Notes: generated by a model not told the origin, from the sequence alone. A stretch of 64,000 nucleotides of DNA from Eledone cirrhosa (GCA_964016885.1 OZ024747.1:68820001-68884000), one strand, 5' to 3'; numbered from the stretch's first letter, positions 46,843 to 61,837 are shown. A program made the numbers and translations.

Positions 46843-46999
46843 GTGTGTATGTGCATGTGTGTGTATACATGTACATATATATATATAAATCACTCTATCT
46901 ATCTCTAGCTACCTATTTATTTTACATTTCTCTCTTTCTTTTTATCTATCTATCTATCTATATCTACCTCTCTCTCACTGATGATGATGATGATGGTGA

Positions 47000-47270
47000 T
47001 CATCATCATCACCGTTTTACGTCCGTTCTTCCATGCTAGCGTGGGTTAGATGGGTTGTCCTGTTGTGGGCAGTGTCCGGTCGGCTGACCTTGTCTTGCTC
47101 ATAAGGGAACTGATTCTGGCTTGATTTCTACAGCTGGATGCCCTTCCTAACACCAACCTCATTTACAGTGAGTGCTGGGTGCTTTTTTTTTCCGTGGTGC
47201 CTCCACGTCCACTTTACAGTGTGGGCTGGGTGCTTTTTTGCCGTGGTACCTCCACGACCACTTTACAGTG
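47000..47270 (-). mobile_element. SINE family S2, 5'-truncated
   Basis: Reverse complement of 15860-16128. Confidence 0.7.
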
Positions 47271-49074
47271 GGAGGGTGTGTGGGCATATTGTCTATATGC
47301 TTCAGCTTCGGCTTGATATATATATATATACAAACAAACACACAGGCAGGTATGTGATTGTATATCTGTGCAATTAATTATGTTTTGTCAGCAATTTGTT
47401 CTCTTTAGTTTACAACATACTAAGTGAAAATGAACACATACTCAAGGTGTATTTCGTATTTATAGTTCATTACACACATGTTATAGTTCATTGCACATTT
47501 GCAGCAGCGTGGACAAGCAAGTTAAAGCAGTGAAAGCTTTTTAATGAAATGGAAAAGTTCCAATTAATATATAAGTCGCCTCTCCTATATACATTTATGA
47601 GTAATTGTATTTTATCCAATCACAGCAGTTAGCTATATCTCACATTAATGTTCAATATAAGAATATATAAACAATTTATATCTTGTTTATTTCATTTATA
47701 CTGTCATAGCTATAACAATAAAAGAGAAGAAAACATAGCTTTAGAGAAACAGCAGTCTAACACAGCTGATATCATATACATTTGAAAATAACTAGCTAGC
47801 ATATTTTGTTGATGTAACTAGATCTTGTATCATTGTTGCCAATTATTCTACAATTGGAAATTGACTATCAACATGTCTATTCTCTTTAAACAATGACACA
47901 ATGCAGTGTGATGTATAAACTTTTTATATCTATTTTTTTAACACCATGACTTCTATGAAAAGTTCCAAGAAAATGCTGTCTTAAGCCAAGAAAGTCAAAC
48001 CACTCCACCATCCTTTGAATCTGAATTAGTGCCAGTCTGAAGAAACAGAGGTAGATAGGTAGATAGCTTGAAAGAAAGAGATAGGGAGAGAATGATAGAA
48101 AGAGAGGGATACCGTTTTGGCATATAGATGGAGGATGGGAGAATTAGTAGCAGAATTACTGTATGGATAAATTCAGAGTATAGAAATTTGGCAAAGATGG
48201 AGTTGTTTTCAAAGCCAAAGGTTTGTCTCGTTAAATAAAAATAATTATACTTCTATGTTCTTCAATAGCACATTAGAAATATGAAGATGAAGGTAAGAGA
48301 ACACAAGAGGCATCATTTCCAAGATTAAAATAGCAAGTTATCCATGGGGGTTAAAATAGAACCATACACCATAGTACATTACTAATACATTTTAACCAAC
48401 TAGGTTTTTGATTTAAAGATATTTAGGAAATCTGTTTTTATTTCAGATTTCCTGTTGATAGATATTGCAGATTATTGCAGTATGTGAAACCCCTCGTGGA
48501 AGCAAAGTTGACAGTTGGGACTCCCAAGGCAGGAAAGGGGTATCCTGTCGAGGATGCTCCATTTAATGTTAGGTATGCTGTTCCCTTGATCCTGGAGCAT
48601 TCAGATGAAATGAGACAAGGAGGTGAAACTTTCAGTATTCATGGACATAAAGGACTGTACATACCTGGTTAAATATATCTTTGAACTCATTGGCTGTTAG
48701 GCCTGTATAGTGCCTTTGTATGCCACAAATTGGTGTATGGGTGGCTCTGTAGATCACAGCCTTTGAGTGGCAGGATCCATCTAGAGGACATTTGCTAAAG
48801 TTTCAGCAGTTACAGACTGGTGTATGTATGTGTGTGAGAGAGTGTGTGTGTGTGTATGTATGTGTGTGTATGTGTGTGAGAGAGAGAAAGTGTGTATGTG
48901 TGTGTATGTATGTAGGTGTGAATGTATGTGTGTGAGAGAGAGAGAGAGTGTGTGTGTGTGTGATTACAGTGGTTTAAAAACCATTGCTGTTTACATAGTG
49001 TCTCTAAATATTTTGGAAATCAAGTAGCTTGACAATCAAAAATTGGGGTTGATGTGATTGACTAAACCCTTGAA

Positions 49075-49199
49075 GGCCATAGCCCAGCCTGTGTGGCCAT
49101 AGCCCAGCCTGTGTGGCCATAGCCCAGCCTGTGTGGCCATAGCCCAGCCTGTGTGGCCATAGCCCAGCCTGTGTGGCCATAGCCCAGCCTGTGTGGCCA
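49075..49199. repeat. 20-bp tandem repeat, about 6 copies
   Basis: (AGCCCAGCCTGTGTGGCCAT)n. Confidence 0.95.
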
Positions 49200-49628
49200 C
49201 AGTCCAATGACTGAAACAAGTAAAACTGTAAAATATTATTCACTCCTGATATTTGAGTTATAAACTATATTATTTCAGGTATACTTTTTCTAAATTTTGT
49301 GTACTTCTTATTCTTGAAATATGATTTCTTATTGGCCCAGATTGGATAGATTTCATAAGGATGGGTTTGAATGACATTTATACTCTAATATAATGATGGA
49401 ATCAGAAAGACCACAATTGCAAATTATAACAAGTATGAATTTAGATTTTTTGTGTGTTTGGGTAGTGTGTGAAAGCAAACACTTGCAAGAAAAATAACCA
49501 AATATTAGAAACCAATAATATTATCCTGTATGTAGCTGCTTGGCCTTCTAGAAAAAAGAAGAACAACAATAATAACAACAACAACAATAAAAAAGAATAA
49601 TAATAACAACAATAAGAAGACTGCTCAC

Positions 49629-51115
49629 CTGAAAAGTTGCATAAGTGACATACGAAAATACCCTCGTTATTGAGGTGACATGTGACATCAGGAAGAGATG
49701 AAGGTGAAATTGATTGAGGTGTATGAGGTGAAAGTTCGTTGATGCTGATATTGTTGTAACTGCTGACATTTGGCTGATATGAGTCTGGGTTTCGTAAACT
49801 TAAATCATCATGATATCGCTGACTAAAGTCGGATCCAGGATGCCGAAGATTTAAATCATCAATGGAATGCTGTGGACTGAGATCATCTGAGTTATTTGGG
49901 CTTAAATCTTGAGGAAACTGAGGTACAAGATCGTCAGAAAGTCTATGACCAAGTTCATCTGAGTGCCTATGACTTAATTCACCCATTTGCCTACATCGAA
50001 GATCATCTGGAATCCTTGGTGTCAATTCATCTGGTCGCCTATGGTTCAATTTAGTATCTGGATGGAGAAGACCTAGCTGGTCAGGATGGCGATAGTTCAA
50101 CTCCTCTGGATGCCTTAATTCATCCGGATGACGCAAGTCTTCTAGGTGTTTTAGATCTTCCGGATGTCTTAAGCTCTCAGGATGATGGAGGTCTTCTTGA
50201 TGTCTTGAGTCATCCCGATGATGTATCTCATCGGGATGTCTAAGCTCTCCTGAATGTCTGAAACTATCTTGGTGACGCAGCTTCTCAATATGTCTCAAAT
50301 TTTCTGGATGTCTCAACTCATCGGAGTGTCTGAGATCATCAGAATGTCTTAAATCTTCAGATTGCCTCAGGCTTTCAGGAGGTCTCAATTCATCGGAGTG
50401 TCTCATTTCTTCAGAATGTCTTAAATCATCTTGATGTCTTAAATCATCTTGATGTCTTAAATCTTCTGAATGCCTTATTTCTCCTGGATGACATTTATTC
50501 AGTTCATCAGCGTGTCTCTGTACAATGCTGTCAGGTAAGCGTAGGATTGAGTCATCTGAATGTCGAAGCATATTATCGTCTGAATGTCTGAGAATTGATT
50601 CCTCAGTGTTTCTTAAGCTAGTGTCCTCAGGATGCCTAAGAGTTGCTTCTTCAGCAGTAATTCTTAGAGATGAGCCATCACTATGTCTATGGTGTAAGTC
50701 TTCGGAGTGCCTGAGAGCATGTTCGTTAACATGCCGATTATTAAGCTGATTAACATGTCTGTAACCCACTTCCTGCCTATTGTTGCTTTCATCCAGGTGT
50801 CGACTATTGAATTCGTCGCAATTTCTATGATCGAGACTTTCTGGTTGTCTGTGATTAGCTATTTCTGAGAATCTACTACTTACATCCTCAATGCTCTGTT
50901 GACCATTTAGTTCCTCAACAGTTGCTGTGGCAGTAGAGGCAGAAGCATGCCTTTGAGAGATGTCGCTAACAATGGCAGTTGTTGGAGGAAGCTGTCTTTG
51001 ACTGTTGTGACTTATGTCTTCATGTCTTCTATCTACATCAGATGAATATGTTGCATTCTGGGACATCACAGATTTACCTACATCCTCGCTTGTGTGAGGA
51101 ACTACATCTTCATTT
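49629..51115 (-). CDS. hb: hunchback, first visible coding exon (His/Asp-rich repeat region plus first half of N-terminal zinc finger)
   Basis: Polypyrimidine tract plus TTGCAG acceptor before 51115. The frame is open through to ...EGIFVCHLCNFS, then a phase-1 donor G|GTGAGC at 49629/49628. First in-frame ATG is at 51066; an upstream coding exon is possible. Confidence 0.85.
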
Positions 51116-51326
51116 CTGCAATAGAAAGAATTGGAAAGAAAAAAAAATGTATATTAATATTTTATTTATTTATTTATATATATATATATATTTTCCAAAA
51201 TTTTAAAAATCAATATCAAATTAATTTTTGTATGTATATATGTATAATATATGTACACACGTTTTTTTTATATCTGTTTTTCTATGTGTATATTTATATG
51301 TGTATGTATATCTCAATGTGTATGAG

Positions 51327-51357
<31 letters not shown>

Positions 51358-51362
<5 letters not shown>

Positions 51363-51528
51363 CCTTCCTGTTCCGTATAACCATGTCCATTATGAGCTGA
51401 GGATCCACTAAGGTGAAACAATTGTTCTCGGTATGGTGAACTAACTGTTGTATAACCACTTCTACTTAACTCGTCCCATGGACTGAGTGCTCTACCACTA
51501 CGGATATTACCTTCCAGTGTTCTACCAA
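51358..51528 (+). mobile_element. TA-embedded hammerhead element
   Basis: Hammerhead 51393-51430, GAGTGCTC at 51485, ends ACCAA-(TA)n. Confidence 0.6.
51393..51430 (+). ncRNA. minimal type-I hammerhead ribozyme
   Basis: TGAG-CTGAGGA-T.CC(ACTAA)GG.T-GAAAC-AATT-GTT-CTCG: intact core, palindromic ACAATTGT helix III, GUU triplet. Confidence 0.72.
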
Positions 51529-51545
51529 TATATATATATATATAT

Positions 51546-51748
51546 CTGTATGTGGTTGACGATTAAGAAAAAAGAGTGCTCAATACCGAAGCAGAATTTT
51601 AATATTCATTTTATTAAGGCTTAATAGTGATTCTTGTTACTCTGAAGTTTCATCTTTTTATTACAGATTCATCAGATAAGTTGACCTTGGGATAAACAGG
51701 CAAAACTCCAGAGTAACAAGACCCACTATTTAGCCTTAATAAATGAGT
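51546..51748 (-). mobile_element. TA-embedded hammerhead element, family B
   Basis: Hammerhead 51633-51680 and inverted partial copy 51702-51748. Tail GTTGACG...GAGTGCTCAATACCGAAG is shared with 26015-26055 and partly with 12360-12385. Confidence 0.65.
51633..51680 (-). ncRNA. type-I hammerhead ribozyme
   Basis: Minus strand CTTAT-CTGATGA-ATCT(GTAATAAAA)AGAT-GAAACT(TCAG)AGTA-ACAAG: GUA triplet, one mismatch in helix I. Confidence 0.72.
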
Positions 51749-54126
51749 ATATATACATATATATATATTTATATAAGCTTATAACCTAGTATTAAGAAAT
51801 GATTATTGATTCTTCACACTTCACATTGACACAAATCCATGAATTTGTAAAAAATAAAATGTTTATAGTGAAAAGAATCAATCTCCATAACATTAGTTGT
51901 ACTAAATTTATTGCTTTTGGGGGCATAAAAACAAACACTTTGAGGTATTTCAATCTAGAAACGAGATATTGAAAAACACAATTTTATATTATTTGTAAAC
52001 ATTCCTTTTTATATGCATATCATCATCATCATCATCATCATCATCACATTTAAAGTCCATTTTCCACGCTAGCATGGGTTAGACGAGTTGTTCTATTTAA
52101 GGCAAGTCGGGTCAGATGATCTTGTCTTGCTCATATAGAACTGATTTAGGCTTGGTTTCTATGGCTGGATGCCCTTCTTGTAGGAAAGAAACAAATGGAT
52201 CGGTTGTAACTTTGAACATACATCTACTTAATCAGAACTGACCTAGGTCTAAACAATAACAACAACCAACTCACTTAAAACAAATGAAGAGGGTAATATT
52301 TTCTATAGTTTCACTCAATATGCTGGAAATAACAGCCAAATCTTCTTCAAATCACATCCTACTGACTTAAAAAAGGGAAGTGCACATTGAATAACATAAT
52401 CCAAGATATAAAAAAAGATAGAATGATGGTTGCTTAGAATATGGATCTACTTGATCACAGCCAAACTGGGATTAAACAGCAACAAAACCACAAATAAAAC
52501 CAGTGAAGGTGTCTATACATGGGTGCTCAATCTGTTGGAAATACCAACCAAGTATTCCTCAAATTACATTGCACTATCTTAAAATAACAATAATGGATCG
52601 TATAAAATATGTGTGGCTTCTGTCACGGTTGATCTGTTGCTAAACAACAACAACAACAACAACCATCACTTGTGTATTATGAACTCTCGCACATGTATTT
52701 ATTATGTTCTCTCACGCATATGGCAAAGACTTGTAAAATGTATAAATATTGTTATAAACATGTATATTATATCATACATTTCTCTGTATAAGCAAACGTT
52801 ATTGGATACAATCCAATAAAATGGAAATTCAGCCTCGCTATATAACCTGTTCAATGTCTATTGAAAAGTGTTGAAGAACAGCAACCAGCAAACTCTAACC
52901 AACTTTGCCTCTTCTTGTATCTCTCTACTATAACCACCATCAGAATCAACAGATTCTATCCAGAGTCGATAAAGGAATAAAGAATAGGAAGGATACATTG
53001 TATAATATATTCCCTGATATACAATGACTGAATACAAGTTTGATCATAGCTGTTTTGGATCAGGGTTGACCAGGGATAAAAAAAAAAATATTGTTAGACA
53101 CAGCTGACAAATATATACATACATACATACATTCATTCATACATACATACATACATACATACATTCATACATACATACATAAACACATATATATGTACAT
53201 ACATAGATATATACATGCATATTTATATACATACAAAAATACATACCTATGTATACACATATATACATTCATACATATATACACACTATAAACATATGTC
53301 ATCATCACTGTTTAATGTCTTTTTTCCATGTATGGGTTACAAAGCTGTTACAAAATGCTTCATTTTGGCTTGGTTTCTCTAATGCCCTTTAATGCTAACC
53401 ACTACACATCGTCTACTGGGAGCAGTACCACTCTACAGAGTTGACAGGAGGATTTTAGCATAGCACCAGCACTACCTCATTTCAATACTAGGGTGCTCAG
53501 TGTCTGGCTGGGGTACAGATACTGCACTGCCAGGGAAGTAGCCTTGAAGCAAGTGGATAGTGTCTGACATATTGTGTGGAATACATGACTCCCCTTGATG
53601 GCCTAAATGTGTGTATGTGTCTATGTCTGTGAAAGAAGCATTTATATGCTACTTATGAGCAGGGTGGGGGGACAGGAGTTTAGTTGTGGAACTGTGGCTG
53701 AACAACAATAAAAACAACAACAGCTTATTTTTGTGAAGATATAAAAAGGCTTCTTTACAGTCACTCAATCTGCTAGAAACAATACTCTGGATTCTTCAAT
53801 AAAAAAGAAAAGAGATACATTGAACACTTTTAATTCTGGATATACAAGAAAGAAGAATTGTTGTGCCTGGGTGTGGTTACTCAAGGCTAACTTAAGGCTA
53901 GACAACAATAACTAACTTATTTTGAAATAAATATTTAGTTTATAGGGTAGTATAAGGTTTTCTATAAATATGTATTTACACACACGCACACAAACACAAA
54001 CACACATATATATATATATATAAACCAACAAGAAACAACAATAGAAAAAATATATAATACAATAATGGTATATCAATGTTTGACAGAGATGCAAAAAAGT
54101 CTTAATATTTTGGATGCTAGTCCTTC

Positions 54127-54613
<487 letters not shown>

Positions 54614-54625
54614 ATATATATATAT

Positions 54626-54664
<39 letters not shown>

Positions 54665-54683
54665 CATATATATATATATACAT

Positions 54684-54775
<92 letters not shown>

Positions 54776-55422
54776 ATATATGTATATATATATATGTATA
54801 TATGCTTCAAGCAAACTACAACACTTTGTAATATATAAGATCAAAAGATGGTTAAATGAGTTCCATGTATTTTATTATGCAAATATCATCATGCAATAAC
54901 ATTTGTGTTTTCATCAGATAAAATAGGAGGACATGATATGAAGGTTAAAAACACTTGTGCATAGTGCAGTTTTAAATCAACATATGAAAAGTAGTTTTAG
55001 ATTGATATTTAGATTGATATTGGGGAACATTTTTTTTGAGGGGGGTGGGGGGTGGAAAGGATGAAAAAGAGGAGGAGATGAGAGTAAAAAGTGGAGGGGA
55101 GGAGTATAATGAGGAAGGATGAGATAGGAGGAGAGATGGCTGATAGAGAGAGAGAGATAGCTTTTATAACTGAGAAAAATATATTGTTATACATAGAGAG
55201 GTTGAAAAACCGTTGGAAGATAATGTATAAATTAAAAGAATTTGAAAATTAACGAAGAGAAAAATAATGTAAAGTTAAGGTTTGTATATTGAAGGGTTTA
55301 ATAATATGTGCGATGAAAAGAAAATGTTAATATGTATTAAGAATAATATTTAAGGGTTTAATAATATGTGCGATATATCCGATATCTGCATTGCTTTATT
55401 GTACTACAATAAAACTCACCTC

Positions 55423-55454
<32 letters not shown>

Positions 55455-56395
55455 CTATGATGCCACCACTACTGGTCAATCTTAGATCTGACACCACCAC
55501 CAAATTCTTCAGTAGTACCGGGTGCCAGTATCAATGTCAGAGGCTCTAAGTTGTTTGGAATCAGATTGGATATGACAATGAGGAGAGTTGGGATAGGGTG
55601 TGTGGGGGTGGAGGATAGGAAATGTTTAGGTCAAATCTAGAAAGATCCAGTAGTTTGTGGTCAATAAATTGCTGGCCTGTTTTCTCGTGCAGGTCATTCT
55701 TCTATTCTGTTTTACTCCAGATTTCTTTGTGTCATGTGATATCCCCAATATCATAGATATCACTGATACCATTGGATAACACCGATAACACTTTATTCTT
55801 AGATGGACCAGACCCCATTCCACTACCCCTTATTCTGGACCATACTTATGTATTAAAGTTCTCAGAGAAATTTCTATTGATTCTATATAAAACAGTTCAG
55901 AAAAACAAAAGTAAAATGAAGGAAGAAGAAGAAGAAGAAGAAGAAGAAGAAGAAGAAGAAGAAGAAGAAGAAGAAAAGAACGACAGCAACAACAACACCA
56001 CCACCCCCAACAGTATCATCATCATCGTTTAATGTCTATTTTTCACACTAGCATGGATCTCCACATCACTTCTCCCACAGCGATTTTAAGTTATGGAAAC
56101 TAATTTCGGAGGTGGTAGGGGAAGGGCCATGGTTGAAGATATATGCTGTGTGTGAGGTGAAGGAAACGGGGGATATATCAGGAGACAGAGGAAGATGACT
56201 GTGTAGGGTTTTTTTTGGGTGGGGGTAATGTTGACAAGGAAATAGAGAGTAAGGTGAGTAGAGCGTGAATTGAAGAGATGATAATAGATGGAAAAAAAGT
56301 GAAACTAGGAAGACTAAGAAAGTTTTGTCTTGCTGCTAAATTGTTCAAGGAATATCAAGACTGGTAGATGTAGGTAAATCTTTTAGTGGATAACA

Positions 56396-56905
56396 ATAGT
56401 GTTGATGGGGATAGTAGTGATTGTTGTGCTTGTGGTGACAGTGTTGGTAGTTGTCATCATAGTGTTGATGGGGATAGTAGTGATTGTTGTGCTTGTGGTG
56501 ACAGTGTTGGTAGTTGTCATCATAGTGTTGATGGGGATAGTAGTGATTGTTGTGCTTGTGGTGACAGTGTTGGTAGTTGTCATCATAGTGTTGATAGGGA
56601 TAGTGGTGATTATTGTGCTTGTGGTGACAGTGTTGGTAGTTGTCATCATAGTGTTGATGGGGATAGTGGTGATTGTTGTGCTTGTGGTGACAGTGTTGGT
56701 AGTTGTCATCATAGTGTTGATGGGGATAGTGGTGATTATTGTGCTTGTGGTGACAGTGTTGGTAGTTGTCTTCTTAGTGTTGATGGGGATAGTGGTGATT
56801 GTTGTGCTTCTGGTGACAGTGTTGGTAGTTGTCATGGTAGTGTTGATGGGGATAGTGGTGACTGTTGTGCTTCTGGTGACAGTGTTGGTAGTTGTCATGG
56901 TAGTG
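56396..56905. repeat. 63-bp minisatellite, about 8 copies
   Basis: Unit ATAGTGTTGATGGGGATAGTRGTGATTGTTGTGCTTGTGGTGACAGTGTTGGTAGTTGTCATC. Confidence 0.95.
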
Positions 56906-58577
56906 GTGATAGTGGTAGGAAAATTGATGGAGAAACAGAATGCAGATAATAATGTGGGTATACTGGTGCACAATATATGTATGTTTGTGTGTTGCATATA
57001 TATGTGCATACGTATGTGTGACTGTATATATGTGTGCATGTAAAAGAGGGGGATAAAGAGAGAGAGAGAGAAAAAGAAAGAAAGGAAGAAAGTAAGGGAG
57101 AAGGAGAGAGATGACTTAGTACTAAATAAGGAATTTAGACAGGGATAAAAAGCTATTTAGCCTGTACACTTCAACCTACCAAATGACTGTCTGATAGATT
57201 AAGGAAGAGGAAGCAATGAGAGTAAAAAAGTGATTCTGGTGAAATCTTTGCAATAACAACTAAGCTTGGTAGTAGTTTGCTAAAGGCTTCCAGAAGCTGT
57301 CTGATCTAATCATCAAAAAGAATGGACCTCTGTAGCTGTCAATGATAAGTGTTCCAGTTGTTCAATCAACAAAATGGCCGGCTCATGAAATTAACTTATA
57401 AGTGACTGAGCATTTTGTAGACACATGTACCTTTAATATATTTCTCAGGAAGATTCAGTGGGATATAGTATGTGATGAGACTGGTTCTTTGAATTATAGG
57501 TACAGTCTATTTGATGGGCTTTCAAACAGTTTCCAACAACTGAAATTCAGAAATTCAGTCACAAGGTTTTAGTCAATTTGTGGCTATGGTAAAATACACT
57601 TGCCCAAGATGCCACACAATGGGATTGAACTCGAGACCTAATGATTTACAAAGCAACCTACTTAACCATTTAGCCATGCTACATCCTAACCAACTAAGTC
57701 ATGTAAAAGGGTGCCTGCTCTTACTACTGTTAGTCCCTATAAAGTGGAGTAGAAATTATTTTGGAGAATAAGTTAATCTTTAGAGTTTGAAATAAAAGAA
57801 AACTATAATATTATGTAGTTTTTGGCAAATTGTTAGCATGGTTATAACATAAATCGAAATACTTTGCTATATTTGTTCTGGATCTCTGCAGTCTGAGTTC
57901 AAATCTCACTAATGTCAACTTTGCTTTTCATTACTTTTTAGGGTTTATAAAATTAAGTACCAGCTGAAGATGATGGATTGGCAGTATTTATACCAGTTTC
58001 TTGCATTGGGAGTTCAAATCCTGATTTTGCTTACTTGGGTGGCAGAGTTAATCTGTCATTCAGTTTAACATCACTACCTGGCCTATTAGCAGATCTAGTC
58101 TATTACAAGTATTTGGACCAGGTCTTTCGTTTAAGATCTCCCCTACCCTCCCATTAGACAGTAAGATGTTAATTGAAGGACTTCTGGTTCATATTTCTAG
58201 CAGGGAAAATGACCATGTAGTACTCTCTCACTTATGCTTATTCAGCTAGTAGTTAATTGTTGTTATTGTTATTTGGGGCTATTGAATTGTCAGAATTGTT
58301 AGAACGCTTGGCTGTATTGACTCCGGCTCTCTGAGTTCAAATCCTGCCGAGGTCAACTTTGCCTTTTATCCCTTCAAGGCTGATAAACAAAGAACCACCC
58401 TAGATCTGGGGTCGTTTCTTCTTCTCTTTTTCACTTCCTCTCTTTCACTTTTTATCTATCACTGGAAGAAATCTGTGTCCAGACCTGGAGAATGATGGTC
58501 TCAGCCAGATTTAAAATATACCCAAGAAACGTCATATGTCATTATGGCACCCCTACAACTCCATCAGGAGTTACAAC

Positions 58578-59451
58578 ACCATACCATACTATACTATACC
58601 ATACTATACTATACCATACTATACTATACCATACTATACTATACCATACTATACTATACCATACTATACTATACCATACTATACTATACTATACTATACT
58701 ATACTATACTATACTATACCATACTATACCATACTATACTATACCATACTATACTATACCATACTATACCATACTATACTATACCATACTATACTATACT
58801 ATACTATACCATACTACACCATGCCATACTATACTATACCATACTATACTATACCATACTATACTATACTATACTATATTATACCATACCATACTATACT
58901 ATACCATACTATACTATACCATACTATACCATACCATACTATACTATACTATACTATACCATACCATACTATACTATACCATACTATACTATACCATACT
59001 ATACTATACTATACCATACTATACTATACTATACTATACTATACTATACCATACTATACTATACTATACTATACTATACCATACTATACTATACCATACT
59101 ATACTATACCATACTATACTATACCATACTATACTATACTATACTATACTATACCATACCATACTATACTATACTATACTATACCATACTATACTATACC
59201 ATACTATAATATACCATACTATACTATACCATACTATACTATACTATACTATACCATACCATACTATACCATACCATACTATACTATACCATACTATACT
59301 ATACTATACCATACTATACCATACCATACTATACTATACCATACTATACCATACCATACTATACCATACTATACTATACCATACTATACCATACCATACT
59401 ATACCATACCATACTATACCATACCATACTATACCATACCATACTATACCA
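58578..59451. repeat. pentanucleotide satellite (ATACT/ATACC)n
   Basis: Direct inspection. Confidence 0.95.
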
Positions 59452-60076
59452 TTGTTGTTTTGCCTAGTGTCAGCTCTGATCAAGCAAACCTAAATCAAAA
59501 ATATTCAAGCATGATCATTCCATCTTTTTTCCTCTGTATAAGAAACCAAAAATCCTTATCCAACATGTCTTCTAAAATAGTAAGAAGTGATTTGAGGAAG
59601 ATTTGACTGTGGTTTCTAGCCCGGCTAGTGACAATGTACAGTCCCCTTCTCCTATTCATGTTGTGGAGAGGGGAGTTGAGAGTTAAGGTAGAGTACAGTT
59701 ACTTTAGCATGTCATTGTAATAGTGGCAGTAGTGGTGGTGGTGGGAGGAGGAGTCAGTGTAACTATTTAATTGCCTATCACTGTAATTAAGATGTGACCC
59801 CTGAACTGTCATTGAAATAGCTACCAAGCATGGAAACACACTGCCCCCCTCCCCCCACACACACTGATAGATATACAAACACAAACACATGCAAACACAC
59901 ACACAAACTCATACACACAGACCGACAGACACACAAGTACACACACTGATAGACATACAAACACACACACACTGACTGGAATACACACACACATATACAA
60001 GCACACTGACAGACAGACACAAACAGCCACACACAGGAACACACATAGCACTCTTATAGCATTTGTATATATATAT

Positions 60077-60115
<39 letters not shown>

Positions 60116-60339
60116 GTGTCTCTCTCTCTATCTCTCTCTTGCACACTTCCATAAAATGTATGCATACATATTTATTACTACACAAACTATCTTTCTGAAG
60201 CTCCTATCTACAGATATACACACATTCATATTTACATATATATACTGTCACAAAATTCACATACACATATGTACATATGCCTACACACATGCACTTATGT
60301 ATGTGGGTGTATAAGTGTATGTCTCTCTCTCTCTCTCTC

Positions 60340-60389
<50 letters not shown>

Positions 60390-60959
60390 ATACAATAACA
60401 GAGATAGTTTAAAGCTAATCTCTGACTGGTAACCAACTCACTCAACAAACATTAGGTTATATTTTAATATAAACCCAATTTAAGTGTTTGGGGTGCTAAC
60501 AATATGTATTATGTGGAAAAGCCAGTTGTATTATTTTATGAGATATAATTAAAGTTAAAATATATCTCTCATTCCAAACAATTGTTTCATTATAAGTTTT
60601 CTACAAATTCGGAGAATATTTCCAGTTTATGTAGAAGCCTAATATACATTCATATAAGAATATATTTAGGTGGGCGCTTATAAATCATCAGTGGAAGCCC
60701 ATTAAACTTTGATATAAGAAAAACATTTCTTACCACAGTTAAAAATCGTGTCTGTTAAGTTGCTCCTTCCCGCATTGAATGATCGGCAAATTTGAAATTC
60801 CAGCAGTTTTGGACTGAGGAAGTATTATAGCGTCACTAAGCGGGAAGGGGAGACAACTACGATATATATATATATTTGTATATATATATATAACAAAGAA
60901 AGTGTGGTAAAGAACCAGGTTGATCATAACACACCAGAGTACTCTTCTGGGTTGAAAGT

Positions 60960-61529
60960 GATAATGGTTTATGGGAACGTGAGTCTTCTGTATTACTTCT
61001 TAACACCAGAGATCTGAATCCCGTGTCATCGCCTACGAGAGGTGCAATTGTGCAAGGTCAGCTTTTATCACCTCATCATGACAGAATTTTAAAGCTCAAA
61101 ATAGAGATTGCCAATAGTAATCTCTGTTTATGTAACAACCAGGACTAAGTAAACAACAAAGGCCTTTTATAGACTTCAATAACAGATGACAGTGACTTCA
61201 TCATTTGGGCTGGTGACTTCAATGAACATGCTGGAAAGCTCTAGGATGGTTACTTTGGAGGAGTACACATAGCTATGGATATGGTTTGATAAGTAAAGAG
61301 AGATTAAGGCTCCTAGAATTCTGCAATGCAAATAATCTAACTATTTGCAACACTAACTTCAGGAAACCAGCCAGTCAAATTGACTTCTTGCTCACTAGAA
61401 AACAAAATAAGCTGATGGTTAAAACTACTATGCTCTTTCCCAGTGAAGAATGTATCATCCAATATAATTTAGTTATTAGTGATGTCAGAATAAGAAACAG
61501 TCAGAATCAGAAATGTAGGAAAACCTGGA

Positions 61530-61530
<1 letters not shown>
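60960..61530 (+). mobile_element. degenerate RTE LINE APE-endonuclease fragment
   Basis: AGDFNEH..RLLEFCNANNLTICNTNFRK..QIDFLL. Confidence 0.75.
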
Positions 61531-61578
<48 letters not shown>

Positions 61579-61837
61579 ATCTATTCATTGTTTTACGATC
61601 GTTTTGGAGGGTTGATCATATTGACATATTGACATATTGTCTGATCTATAGCAGTTATTGAACTGTAGACTATCAGACCTGATCTATAGCAGTTATAGAA
61701 CTGTATACTATCAGACCTCATTTATAGGTTCTATCAAGTGATCTTCTTCGGAAACAATATATGTATATATATATGTGTATGTGTGCGTTTATATATATAT
61801 ATATATAAATATATATATGTGTGCGTGTGTGTGTGTA

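Noticed and set aside
49075-49199. CRISPR-like array
   Set aside because: Identical tandem units with no spacers; eukaryotic context.
49441-49628. Hydrophobic C-terminus of the 542-aa ORF (apparent transmembrane segment)
   Set aside because: Read-through past the GTGAGC donor into intronic simple repeats.
56383-57043. Thr-rich mucin-like, Cys-rich metallothionein-like and hydrophobic ORFs
   Set aside because: All arise from one 63-bp minisatellite open in several frames; no flanking exon evidence.
58492-59606. YHTIL/YYTIP ORFs
   Set aside because: Pentanucleotide satellite.
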